Positions 1 to 8,207 of a DNA stretch of 57,234 nucleotides are shown piece by piece (the first letter of the stretch is position 1; the number at the start of each line of letters is the position of its first letter). Origin of the DNA: Acidobacteriaceae bacterium (lineage in GTDB: Bacteria; Acidobacteriota; Terriglobia; Terriglobales; Acidobacteriaceae); contig JBEKIN010000001.1 in NCBI GenBank assembly GCA_050011735.1, forward strand, positions 1 through 57,234, given 5' to 3'. The notes below the pieces were generated by a model, which saw nothing but the letters and a program-made list of their open reading frames with translations, did not search any database and was not told where the DNA came from. A program made the position numbers and the translations under genes.

Positions 1-612
1 TCTTCGGACTGGAGCATCGTCGGCATTGGCGATTTCAATGACGACGGCAAAGCCGACATCCTGTGGCGCAACAGCACCACCGGACAGGTCTACCTCTGGC
101 TGATGAACGGAACCACGATGACCAGCGGGGCGAGCGTCAGCTACGTCACCTCGGACTGGGTCATTCAGGGCATTGGTGCTTTCAATGGCGACGGCAAAGC
201 CGACATCCTGTGGCGCAACAGCACGACCGGAGAGGTCTACATCTGGCTGATGAACGGGGCCACGCTGACGACCAGCGGGAGCCTAGGCTACGTCACTGCC
301 GACTGGAGCATTCGGGGCGTAGGCGATTTCGACGGCGACGGCAAGAGTGACATCCTTTGGCGCGATACCGACGGGCAGGTCTACCTCTGGCTCGTGAACG
401 GAACCGCGACTACGAGCACTGGCAGCGTCAGTTACGTCTCCTCCGACTGGGTTATTCAGGGTGTTGGCGACTACGACGGCAGCGGTCGAGCCGGCATCCT
501 CTGGCGCAACAGCACCACCGAGCAGGTCTATATCTGGCTGATGAACGGAACGGCGTTGACGAGCAGCGGAAGCCCCGGCACCCCCGACGCTACCTGGCAA
601 ATAGCTCCATAA
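1..612 (+). CDS. FG-GAP/VCBS-type repeat protein, C-terminal part (5' end lies upstream of the window)
   Basis: Frame 1 is open from nt 1. Translation gives four consecutive ~49-aa units, SDW(S/V)I.G(I/V)GDF.GDGK(A/S)DILWR..TG.VY.WLMNG. This is the Asp/Gly calcium-loop plus aromatic pattern of FG-GAP/VCBS propeller blades. Stop TAA at 610-612. Confidence 0.8.
   Translation, partial: SSDWSIVGIGDFNDDGKADILWRNSTTGQVYLWLMNGTTMTSGASVSYVTSDWVIQGIGAFNGDGKADILWRNSTTGEVYIWLMNGATLTTSGSLGYVTADWSIRGVGDFDGDGKSDILWRDTDGQVYLWLVNGTATTSTGSVSYVSSDWVIQGVGDYDGSGRAGILWRNSTTEQVYIWLMNGTALTSSGSPGTPDATWQIAP
4..609 (+). repeat. Tandem coding repeat, four units of ~147 nt (144-168 nt) within the FG-GAP gene
   Basis: Unit boundaries at 4, 151, 298 and 442. 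A 35-nt stretch (gacggcaaagccgacatcctgtggcgcaacagcac) is identical at 43-77 and 190-224, an offset of exactly 147 nt. Confidence 0.85.
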
Positions 613-631
613 GCTCCATTAGGCAGGCTGG

Positions 632-657
632 CCCGGGTCTCGATTTTGAGACCCGGG
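632..657 (+). terminator. Perfect 10-bp stem hairpin 20 nt downstream of the FG-GAP gene stop (no clear U-tail)
   Basis: cccgggtctc (632-641), loop gatttt, gagacccggg (648-657). It is followed by the 10-nt palindrome cagggccctg and then ctttt. Confidence 0.5.
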
Positions 658-876
658 ATTGCGCCCAGGGCCCTGCTTTTCCCTCGATCTCCGCGAAAAC
701 CCCAAAATGTGGAAAATTTGTCAAGCTTTTCGCGCACGGTACCAAAGTGTTGTCCCACATTCCAAGCCACTTCCACCACAATACTCTCAAAGATATTTGG
801 CCGATTTTGGTGCTGGACTTGGTATCCTGATAATAAGGGGCAAAGAAAAAATTTCCCCCATCAGATCGAACAAAAC

Positions 877-905
877 AAGGCCGCCCAGCGCGGCCTTTTC
901 CTTTT
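877..905. terminator. Rho-independent terminator-like hairpin, T-rich on both sides (bidirectional)
   Basis: aaggccgc (877-884), loop ccagc, gcggcctt (890-897), then ttccttttc. On the minus strand the same stem is followed by gttttgtt. Confidence 0.55.
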
Positions 906-1073
906 CCGGAGGTGAGGAATGGCAAGCTTCTGTGCACGCTCGACGCCCTGCGATACCCCTTGCCCCCCACCCAGGCAGCCAAAACGCCTCCGCAAGGGCC
1001 CCATTTTCAGCCACTTGCCACAGCCCAAAACGACCCCTCCAGAACCCGTGTCACCGCAACAACATGCCACAGT

Positions 1074-1103
1074 CCCCCCTGGGGGGGGAGGGGGGGTCCT
1101 TTT
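1074..1103. repeat. Homopolymer block C6-T-G8-A-G7 followed by TCCTTTT
   Basis: Read directly: cccccc t gggggggg a ggggggg tcc tttt. The C6 could pair with either G tract. The G8-A-G7 run alone could supply four GGG tracts for a G-quadruplex. Confidence 0.6.
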
Positions 1104-1106
1104 ATC

Positions 1107-1141
1107 GGCTACCGGCTACCGGCCACTGGCTACTGCCTGCT
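1107..1141. repeat. Heptanucleotide tandem repeat, 5 units (GGCTACC GGCTACC GGCCACT GGCTACT GCCTGCT)
   Basis: Read directly. It has 7-nt periodicity, lies in non-coding DNA, and degenerates towards the 3' end. Confidence 0.7.
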
Positions 1142-1337
1142 TTTGAGGGCCTCTCGCAACTAACTTCTTTTCAATTACTTGCAACCAAAGGCCCTCAGGA
1201 GGAGATAACCAAGGTGCCTGGAATCAAACACTTAACAAAAACGTAAGGGGGAAGGGCTTTGTTCCGCTGAACGCTGAAACGCTTGCTCCGGTTCACACAC
1301 TCGCCAAATCCAGCAGGGTGCGGTGCTCGACCTGCGC

Positions 1338-1673
1338 TTAGTTCTGGGAAATCTGGGCCTGCAACGCAGCGATCTGCGCTTCCGTCGCTGCCACAGCGGC
1401 CTGTTCGTCCTGGAGCGCCGTCTCCTCTGCCTGCAACTGAGCCGTCAGTGCCGCGGTTTTGGCGTTCGAGACCAGCTGACCGGGAATCTGCTTCGGATGG
1501 GTCAGATCCACTGTGCCGACGCCGGATGTGGCGCCCTGCGCCTGCTGGACCAATGTCTTTGCCTGTTGTCCCAGCATTCCTTTCAGGCTCTCGGCGTTCG
1601 CAGCGCCGCAAGTCAGGGGCAACATCGCCAGAACCACCAAAAACCGCATCGCAAACCGCGTCCGTGTTTTCAT
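1338..1673 (-). CDS. Small secreted Ala/Gln-rich protein (hypothetical), 111 aa
   Basis: N-terminal signal peptide MKTRTRFAMRFLVVLAMLPLTCGAANA. The C-terminal third is heptad-like and A/Q/E-rich (TAQLQAEETALQDEQAAVAATEAQIAALQAQI). A perfect AGGAGG Shine-Dalgarno (complement of 1680-1685) lies 6 nt upstream of the ATG. Confidence 0.7.
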   Translation of the reverse strand: MKTRTRFAMRFLVVLAMLPLTCGAANAESLKGMLGQQAKTLVQQAQGATSGVGTVDLTHPKQIPGQLVSNAKTAALTAQLQAEETALQDEQAAVAATEAQIAALQAQISQN

Positions 1674-1822
1674 GGGGTGCCTCCTTTTCTTCAGCTTCTT
1701 TTCTTACCTCAACTCTCTGGCCCGTTTGAGAACGGATGCGAAGAAAGGATGCGCAATTTTTTTTCTGAGTGGTGCAAATCTGACCGAATCACCCGGCACC
1801 GCCGTTTGGCCGCAAAGCGGGT

Positions 1823-3265
1823 ATGCTGGTGGGTTCGATGACTCAGGACCTGATGCGCGATACGGAACTGCTGGGCGAGGCCCTCGATCTCCTCGAGCGT
1901 CAGTTCGGCTCTCTTCCTCGATACGCGCCCGACGTTCCAGGCGAGGCCCGAATGACCTCCGTGCTCGCGGAAGCCGCCCACCGCATGGGCGACAACTTCC
2001 CTTATTTCCATCCTCTGTATGCCGGCCAGATGCTCAAGCCGCCGCATCCTGTGGCGCGGGCTGCCTATGCCATGGCCATGTGGCTCAACCCCAACAACCA
2101 TGCCCTGGATGGCGGGCGGGCCAGTTCGCGGATGGAATGGGAAGCGGTACGTGAGATCGCCGCCATGTTCGGCTGGAGCGAATTCATCGGCCACCTGACC
2201 GGCGGCGGCACGCTCGCAAACCTGGAAGCGTTGTGGGTCGCCGGGCAGATGATGCCGGGAAAGAAGATTGTGGCGTCGGAGCAGGCCCACTATACGCACG
2301 AGAGAATCACGGCGGTGCTGCGGCTGCCATTCGCGTCCATTGCCTGCGATGAGAACGGTCGGATGGACCTCGCCCATCTGGAGGCAGCGCTGGCGTCGGG
2401 CGAGGTGGGAACGGTCGTCGCAACTCTGGGAACGACTGGGGCCGGTGCAGTCGATCCGCTGCCCGCAATTCTGGATTTGCGGGAAAAATACCGCTTCCGG
2501 CTGCACGTGGACGCCGCCTACGGCGGCTATTTTCGGTTGGCTTCGAACCTGGCCGACCACGCGGCGGGCGCCTTCGAGCGCATCACGGAGGCGGACTCGA
2601 TTGTGGTCGATCCGCACAAGCACGGGCTGCAACCCTATGGCTGTGGCTGCGTGCTGTTTCGCGATCCGGCGATGGGAAGGTGGTACAAGCACGACTCGCC
2701 CTGCACCTATTTCACTTCGCAGGAACTGCACATTCACGATGGGCTCCCGAAGGCGGGAGCCAGTTGTGCAGTTGGGTCGTTCGCGGCTGAGCTGTTTGCC
2801 GAGGGCTCTCTGCATCTTGGGGAAATCAGCCTCGAATGCTCCCGCGCAGGGGCGTCGGCCGTCGCGCTGTGGACGACACAACGGCTGTTGCCGCTGGTGC
2901 GAGGCGGTGAATTCGCGAAGGGCCTGGAGAGATGCCGCGAGGCGGCTCTGCAGTTCCGCAACATCGTCGCAGCAGATGCCTCGTTTGTGCCGGGGCCGGC
3001 GCCCGACCTCGACATTGTGGTTTGGGCGGTGCGTGCGGCGACGCCCGCCGAGTCGTCACGGCGGGCGCAGGAGGTGTTCGACCGGGCTGCGAAGCACAAT
3101 CTGCACCTGGCGTTGGCGCAGATGCCGCCACGCCTATTTCCGGAAGCGGGCTGGACGGGCGAAAACCAACCGAGCACCGTCACCTGCCTGCGCTCGGTCC
3201 TGATGAAACCCGAGCATCTCGCATGGGTCGACGAAATCGGCCTGCGCCTGCGGAATGCCCTATGA
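1823..3265 (+). CDS. Pyridoxal-phosphate-dependent decarboxylase (group II / fold type I), substrate unknown
   Basis: HLTGGGTLANLEALWVAG and the PLP-lysine motif VDPHKHGLQPYGCGCVLF are typical of group II amino-acid decarboxylases. Confidence 0.75.
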   Translation: MLVGSMTQDLMRDTELLGEALDLLERQFGSLPRYAPDVPGEARMTSVLAEAAHRMGDNFPYFHPLYAGQMLKPPHPVARAAYAMAMWLNPNNHALDGGRASSRMEWEAVREIAAMFGWSEFIGHLTGGGTLANLEALWVAGQMMPGKKIVASEQAHYTHERITAVLRLPFASIACDENGRMDLAHLEAALASGEVGTVVATLGTTGAGAVDPLPAILDLREKYRFRLHVDAAYGGYFRLASNLADHAAGAFERITEADSIVVDPHKHGLQPYGCGCVLFRDPAMGRWYKHDSPCTYFTSQELHIHDGLPKAGASCAVGSFAAELFAEGSLHLGEISLECSRAGASAVALWTTQRLLPLVRGGEFAKGLERCREAALQFRNIVAADASFVPGPAPDLDIVVWAVRAATPAESSRRAQEVFDRAAKHNLHLALAQMPPRLFPEAGWTGENQPSTVTCLRSVLMKPEHLAWVDEIGLRLRNAL

Positions 3266-3387
3266 CTGCAAACATCTCCGCCGAATCCAGCCTTGGGCCG
3301 TTGCGAATTCGGGCGGCGCGTCTATTCTTACCGTAAAGACAAATATCGGGTTTTCCGGTCTTTTTTACGGAGGAAAATGGGTCCTGC

Positions 3388-4566
3388 ATGCTCGATGTAA
3401 ACGGTATTAAACGAAAGCACGTGGAGCGATTTGGGGCCGAGCCCGCGATCTTTGTCGCTCCTGGGCGGGTCAACCTCATCGGCGAGCACACTGACTACGC
3501 AGGCGGATTTGTCATGCCTGCAGCCATCGATTTCGGCACCCTGGCAGCTATAAGCCCGCGCAACGACGGTCGTGTCGTGATCTGGTCAGAGAACTTCCAG
3601 GAGCAGGTTAGCCACCAGATCGACGGGCTGCCCAAGAATGGCGGTGGCCACTGGTCCGGCTATCCATTGGGCGTGGTAAAGATCCTGCGCGACGCCGGCT
3701 TCCCGGTCCCATGCCTCAGCCTGACCGTCCAGGGCGACGTACCGCTGGGTGCTGGACTCAGCTCCTCGGCCTCCATTGAAGTTGCGACTGCGCTGGCCGC
3801 TCTCAGTCTGACGAAGGCAGATCCCGCGCGTGAGGAGATCGCAAGGCTCTGCCAGCGTGCGGAGAATGTCTACGTCGGCGCATCCTGCGGCATCATGGAC
3901 CAGTTCATCGCCTGCCGCGGCGCGGAGAATCATGCGCTGCTCCTCGACTGCCGCTCTCTGGAATATCGCCTCGCACCCATTCCTGAGACGATCAGTCTGG
4001 TCATCGCGAACACAATGGTGAAGCACGCCATTGCCGGCGGCGAATACGGCATCCGCCGCGCCGAGGTTGAGGAGGGAACTGCGATCCTCCGCAGTCATCG
4101 TCCTGAGATTCAGCTGCTCCGCGATGCGACGACCAGGGATCTGGAGCAGTGGGGCGACGAGATGCCCGGGAATGTGCTCCGCCGCTGCCGTCACATCATT
4201 ACCGAGAATCTGCGCACTGTGGCTGCAGCCGACGCTCTTGCCGCGGGAAACCTGAAGAAGCTGGGCGATCTGATGGCAGCGGCTCATGCCAGTTATCGCG
4301 ACGACTTTGAAGCCAGCTGCGAGGAAGCCGACATTATGGTCGAAGCGGCGCAGCGGTTGCCCGGGCTCGTCGGGGCGCGTCTTACCGGAGGCGGATTCGG
4401 CGGATGCACGGTCAATCTCGTGCAAGCGGACCTGGCCCAGGACTTTGCCGCGCGCCTTTATGATGAATATCGCGCCCGAACCGGGATCGACGCTGAAATC
4501 TACCGCTGTCATGCCTCGGCCGCTGCGCACGCGCTCGGGGTCGCTGTCGTCGACGGTCCCGCTTAG
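3388..4566 (+). CDS. galK: Galactokinase
   Basis: Galactokinase signature GRVNLIGEHTDYAGGFVMPAAI. GHMP ATP-binding motif PLGAGLSSSASIEVA. C-terminal GARLTGGGFGGCTV. GGAGGA lies upstream of the ATG. Confidence 0.93.
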   Translation: MLDVNGIKRKHVERFGAEPAIFVAPGRVNLIGEHTDYAGGFVMPAAIDFGTLAAISPRNDGRVVIWSENFQEQVSHQIDGLPKNGGGHWSGYPLGVVKILRDAGFPVPCLSLTVQGDVPLGAGLSSSASIEVATALAALSLTKADPAREEIARLCQRAENVYVGASCGIMDQFIACRGAENHALLLDCRSLEYRLAPIPETISLVIANTMVKHAIAGGEYGIRRAEVEEGTAILRSHRPEIQLLRDATTRDLEQWGDEMPGNVLRRCRHIITENLRTVAAADALAAGNLKKLGDLMAAAHASYRDDFEASCEEADIMVEAAQRLPGLVGARLTGGGFGGCTVNLVQADLAQDFAARLYDEYRARTGIDAEIYRCHASAAAHALGVAVVDGPA

Positions 4567-4793
4567 CCGAATCTGCTTTTCGACAGGGCGCAAGTATTCC
4601 ACAGAAGGGTCATACCGACACCTCTGGCGCCGATGTAACAATCACAACGGGCTGGCGGGGACTTCGTGCCTGACGGAAGATGTCATATCCTGAAAGGACA
4701 GTTGCACCTGGGCAGGCCGGAGAAAACGTTTTAGCGATGCGTTTTATCAATCGTTCCCAGTACCTATCCCCAGAGGAACCAGGCGAAGGTGGC

Positions 4794-6518
4794 ATGGTCG
4801 CCTATTTCTCCATGGAAATCGCGGTGATGCCGGAGTTCCCGACGTACAGCGGGGGCCTCGGCGTGCTGGCCGGGGATACGCTTCGCGCCGCCGCCGACAT
4901 GGGCTTGCCCTTGGCCGCCGTCACTCTGGCCCATCGCAAAGGCTACTTCCGCCAGCAACTGGATGCCACCGGCGTTCAAACTGAGGAGCCCCAGCCGTGG
5001 AGTCCGGAAACCATTCTGGCGGCGGAAGAACCGGTCGTCAGCGTCACCATCGAAGGCCGCCCGGTCGCGGTCCGCGCATGGCGCTACGACATGGAAGGCG
5101 TCACCGGGCACCGTATTCCTGTTTATTTTCTTGATACCAATCTGGAACAGAACGACCCAACCGATCGCACTCTGACCGATCACCTCTACGGCGGCGACGC
5201 GGACTACCGCCTGCGCCAGGAGGCAATCCTCGGCATCGGCGGCGCGCGCCTGCTGCGCGCTCTCGAATACGAGCCCTCGGTTTACCACATGAACGAGGGT
5301 CACGCCGCTCTGCTCACCATCCCTGTACTGGAGCAGGAACTGCACGGCGCCGGTCTGCAGACGGCCACCGAGCGCAACATTGAAGCCGTGCGCCGCCGCT
5401 GCGTTTTCACCACGCACACGCCCGTGCCAGCGGGGCACGATCGCTTCTCCGGCGATCAGGCCTATCGCATCCTTGGCACGGAACGCGCGGGCATGCTGGA
5501 GCATTTCGGCTGTTTCCACGACGGACTGCTCAACATGACCTACGTTGCCCTGCGCTTCTCGCGATTCGTCAACGGCGTGGCTATGCAGCATGGCAAAGTG
5601 TCCCGGCAGATGTTCCCGGAGTACACCATCGACGCCATCACCAACGGCGTCCACGCCGGCACCTGGACTGCGCCTTCCGTCCAGGCGATCTTCGACCGGC
5701 ATCTACCGCGCTGGCGGCAGGACAATGTCACGCTGCGCTACGCCATCGACATTCCCGAAAATGAAATCGTCGAGGCCCATGCCGCTTCCAAGCAGGCGCT
5801 CATCGATGCCGTGAAGGCGGCCACCGGCGTGGAGATGCGGCCCGAAGTCTTCACCATCGGCTTTGCCCGTCGCGCCGCGACCTACAAACGCGCCGATTTG
5901 CTGCTCACCGATCCTGAGCGCCTGGTGCGCATGGCGGAGAAATTCGGCGGCATGCAGCTCGTCTACGCGGGCAAGGCTCACCCTGCCGACGAGCCAGGCA
6001 AGGCGAAAATTCGTCGCGTGATCGAACTGGCCAAGGAACTGCGCGACACGCCTCTCAGCATCGTCTACCTCGAGAATTACGAGTGGAAGCTCGGCGCGCT
6101 GCTCACCGGCGGCGTCGACCTGTGGCTCAATACCCCGCGACGCCCCTATGAGGCCTCCGGAACCAGCGGGATGAAAGCCGCGCTCAACGGCGTGCCCAGC
6201 CTCAGCATTCTCGACGGATGGTGGATTGAAGGCTGGATCGAAGGGGTCACCGGCTGGGCCATCGACGACCACGACGACGAGCCCGGAGAAGCCCTGTCCC
6301 TTTATGAGCACCTGGAGAAGCTGATCCTTCCGCTGTTCTGCAAAGACACAGGACAGTGGCGGCGCATCATGCGGTCCACGATTGCCCTCAACGGATCCTT
6401 CTTCAATACGCAACGCATGCTGGAACAGTACGTCATCAATGCTTACTTCCCGGAGCGGCGCGTGGAGAAGATCTCCGAATCGCCTGAGCCTGATCTCGAG
6501 AAGACCGTCGCCGGATAG
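4794..6518 (+). CDS. glgP: Alpha-glucan (glycogen/maltodextrin) phosphorylase, GT35 short-form family
   Basis: VAYFSMEIA...YSGGLGVLAGD, TNGVHAGTW, and the PLP-lysine region EASGTSGMKAALNG. I chose the start at 4794 (preceded by gaaggtgg) because family N-termini begin just before AYFSME. The ORF is open back to ATG 4680, which is an alternative start. Confidence 0.88.
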   Translation: MVAYFSMEIAVMPEFPTYSGGLGVLAGDTLRAAADMGLPLAAVTLAHRKGYFRQQLDATGVQTEEPQPWSPETILAAEEPVVSVTIEGRPVAVRAWRYDMEGVTGHRIPVYFLDTNLEQNDPTDRTLTDHLYGGDADYRLRQEAILGIGGARLLRALEYEPSVYHMNEGHAALLTIPVLEQELHGAGLQTATERNIEAVRRRCVFTTHTPVPAGHDRFSGDQAYRILGTERAGMLEHFGCFHDGLLNMTYVALRFSRFVNGVAMQHGKVSRQMFPEYTIDAITNGVHAGTWTAPSVQAIFDRHLPRWRQDNVTLRYAIDIPENEIVEAHAASKQALIDAVKAATGVEMRPEVFTIGFARRAATYKRADLLLTDPERLVRMAEKFGGMQLVYAGKAHPADEPGKAKIRRVIELAKELRDTPLSIVYLENYEWKLGALLTGGVDLWLNTPRRPYEASGTSGMKAALNGVPSLSILDGWWIEGWIEGVTGWAIDDHDDEPGEALSLYEHLEKLILPLFCKDTGQWRRIMRSTIALNGSFFNTQRMLEQYVINAYFPERRVEKISESPEPDLEKTVAG

Positions 6519-6526
6519 GAATCTGT

Positions 6527-6556
6527 CAGGCGCGTCGAGAGGGTTCGACGCGCCTG
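6527..6556 (+). terminator. Perfect 12-bp inverted repeat hairpin 9 nt after the glgP stop (no U-tail)
   Basis: caggcgcgtcga (6527-6538), loop gagggt, tcgacgcgcctg (6545-6556). Confidence 0.45.
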
Positions 6557-6710
6557 CGGTAACGTGGGCCGACGCTGATTCCTTCGTCGCGGCATGCAAA
6601 TCTGCGATGCTATACTTGCGCTGAAATTCTGCAATCTCGTCCACAACAGTGTTGACGGGCCGCAAACAGTGCCTTTGCGGCTCTGTTCACTCGGTTTTGC
6701 ATCCGGAACC

Positions 6711-8186
6711 ATGGGAGAGATTCCTTTGAACCAGTCATCCGTGCAGCAGGTGGCGCCGGAAGTCTCCCGGCGGCCGCTCTGCGTCGATCTGGATGGAACC
6801 CTGGTCAAAAGCGACACGTTGATGGACTCTCTGCTGCTTTTGGTGCGCAGCCGCCCCCTGGCGGCGCTGCAGCTTCCGTTCTGGGTCCTCCGCGGCAAAG
6901 CCGCCTTCAAGGCCGAAGTCGGCGCTCGCGTCTCCCTTGACGTGCGCCATCTGCCCTACAACCGCTCCGTCATCGAATACCTCGAAATCGAGCGTGGCGA
7001 GGGTCGCAAGCTGTATCTGGCTACCGGCGCGGATCAGCAGCTGGCAGCCCGCATTGCGGACCATCTGGGATTGTTCGACGGCGTACTTGCCAGCGACGGA
7101 AAAACGAATCTGACGGCCGGCAACAAGCTCGACGGCCTGCGCAAAACCTTTGGCGATGAGGGCTACGACTACATCGGCAACGCGGGGCCCGACCTTCCCC
7201 TGCTGCAACATGCGGGAGCGGCGATGATCGCCAATCCGGCCCCCGCGCTGCGCGCTCGCCTGCGCTCGCGCGGCGTCGCCGTCGACCGGGAATTCCGGGA
7301 TCGCATCGCGCCCGCGAAGGCTGCCTTGAAAGCGATTCGGCTGCATCAGTGGGCGAAGAATGTGCTGATCTTTCTGCCCATGCTGCTCGCGCACGTTCTC
7401 CGCACCAGCGTCTTCGGGGATGCGGCCATTGCTTTTGTCAGTTTCAGCCTCTGCGCCTCGTCCACTTACATCGCCAACGATCTGCTCGACATTGAATCGG
7501 ACCGGCGTCACCCCACCAAGCGCGCCCGGCCTTTTGCCTCTGGCGATTTGTCCGTGATGACCGGCGTGCTCCTCAGCGTCGCTTTCCTGGCGGGAGGGGT
7601 CGCGATCGCCGCCGCATTTCTTCCCCGCGGCTTCCTGCTGTGGATGTTTCTCTATCTGGTGGCGACGCTCTCCTATTCGCTGGTCCTCAAGCGGATCGTG
7701 CTGGTCGACGTGATCATGCTGGCCGGTCTATATACGGTCCGGATGCTCGCCGGCGCTTCTGCCACCAGGGTCGACATATCCCCGTGGCTGGCAGCTTTTT
7801 CCGTCTTCCTGTTCCTCAGCCTCGCCATGGTCAAGCGCTTCAGCGAGTTGCAGAACGCGCGCGCACGCGGGCAGGCCCTCGCCAACGGCCGAGGTTATCT
7901 CCTCGGAGACATCGAACAGCTGCGGAGTTTCGGAACTTCCAGCGCCTACACCGCCATCGCAGTCTTCCTGTTTTATATCCACGCTCAGGAAGTCAGCAGT
8001 CTCTACATTCACTCCAACCGGCTGTGGCTTATCGCGCCGCTCATGATTTTCTGGCTGAGCCGGGTGTGGCTCCTGGCCTCGCGCGGCGAGCTCGACGAAG
8101 ACCCCGTCATTTTTGCCGTTACCGATCCTCTGAGCCTGCTGACCGGCCTCGCGGTTGCGGCGATTGCAGCCCTTGCAGCCCTGTAG
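6711..8186 (+). CDS. Fusion protein: N-terminal HAD-IB-type phosphatase domain plus C-terminal UbiA-family polyprenyl-phosphate phosphoribosyltransferase (Rv3806c/DPPRS-like)
   Basis: HAD motifs: LCVDLDGTLVKSDT (motif I, DxDGT) and YIGNAGPDLPLL (motif III-like). UbiA part: HQWAKNVLIFLPMLLAH, NDLLDIESDRRHPTKRARPFASG (compare mycobacterial NDVRDVEADR.HPTKR.RPIAAG as I recall it), multiple TM segments, and C-terminal GELDEDPVIFAVTD. The ORF is open back to 6594; the start at M40 (6711) is a guess. Confidence 0.8.
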   Translation: MGEIPLNQSSVQQVAPEVSRRPLCVDLDGTLVKSDTLMDSLLLLVRSRPLAALQLPFWVLRGKAAFKAEVGARVSLDVRHLPYNRSVIEYLEIERGEGRKLYLATGADQQLAARIADHLGLFDGVLASDGKTNLTAGNKLDGLRKTFGDEGYDYIGNAGPDLPLLQHAGAAMIANPAPALRARLRSRGVAVDREFRDRIAPAKAALKAIRLHQWAKNVLIFLPMLLAHVLRTSVFGDAAIAFVSFSLCASSTYIANDLLDIESDRRHPTKRARPFASGDLSVMTGVLLSVAFLAGGVAIAAAFLPRGFLLWMFLYLVATLSYSLVLKRIVLVDVIMLAGLYTVRMLAGASATRVDISPWLAAFSVFLFLSLAMVKRFSELQNARARGQALANGRGYLLGDIEQLRSFGTSSAYTAIAVFLFYIHAQEVSSLYIHSNRLWLIAPLMIFWLSRVWLLASRGELDEDPVIFAVTDPLSLLTGLAVAAIAALAAL

Positions 8187-8207
8187 CGCTCAAGAAAGTG
8201 ACGATTC

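Noticed and set aside
646-1246. Several 70-195-aa ORFs inside the 613-1337 spacer, such as 659..1246 (+) and 590..982 (-).
   Set aside because: Their translations are Pro/Arg/Ser/Cys-rich with no start context or motifs. They cross hairpins and homopolymer tracts. I treat the region as non-coding.
1709-4641. Minus-strand ORFs 1709..2881 (390 aa) and 3586..4641 (351 aa).
   Set aside because: They are antisense to the PLP decarboxylase and galK. They have no motifs, and the plus-strand genes are convincingly coding.
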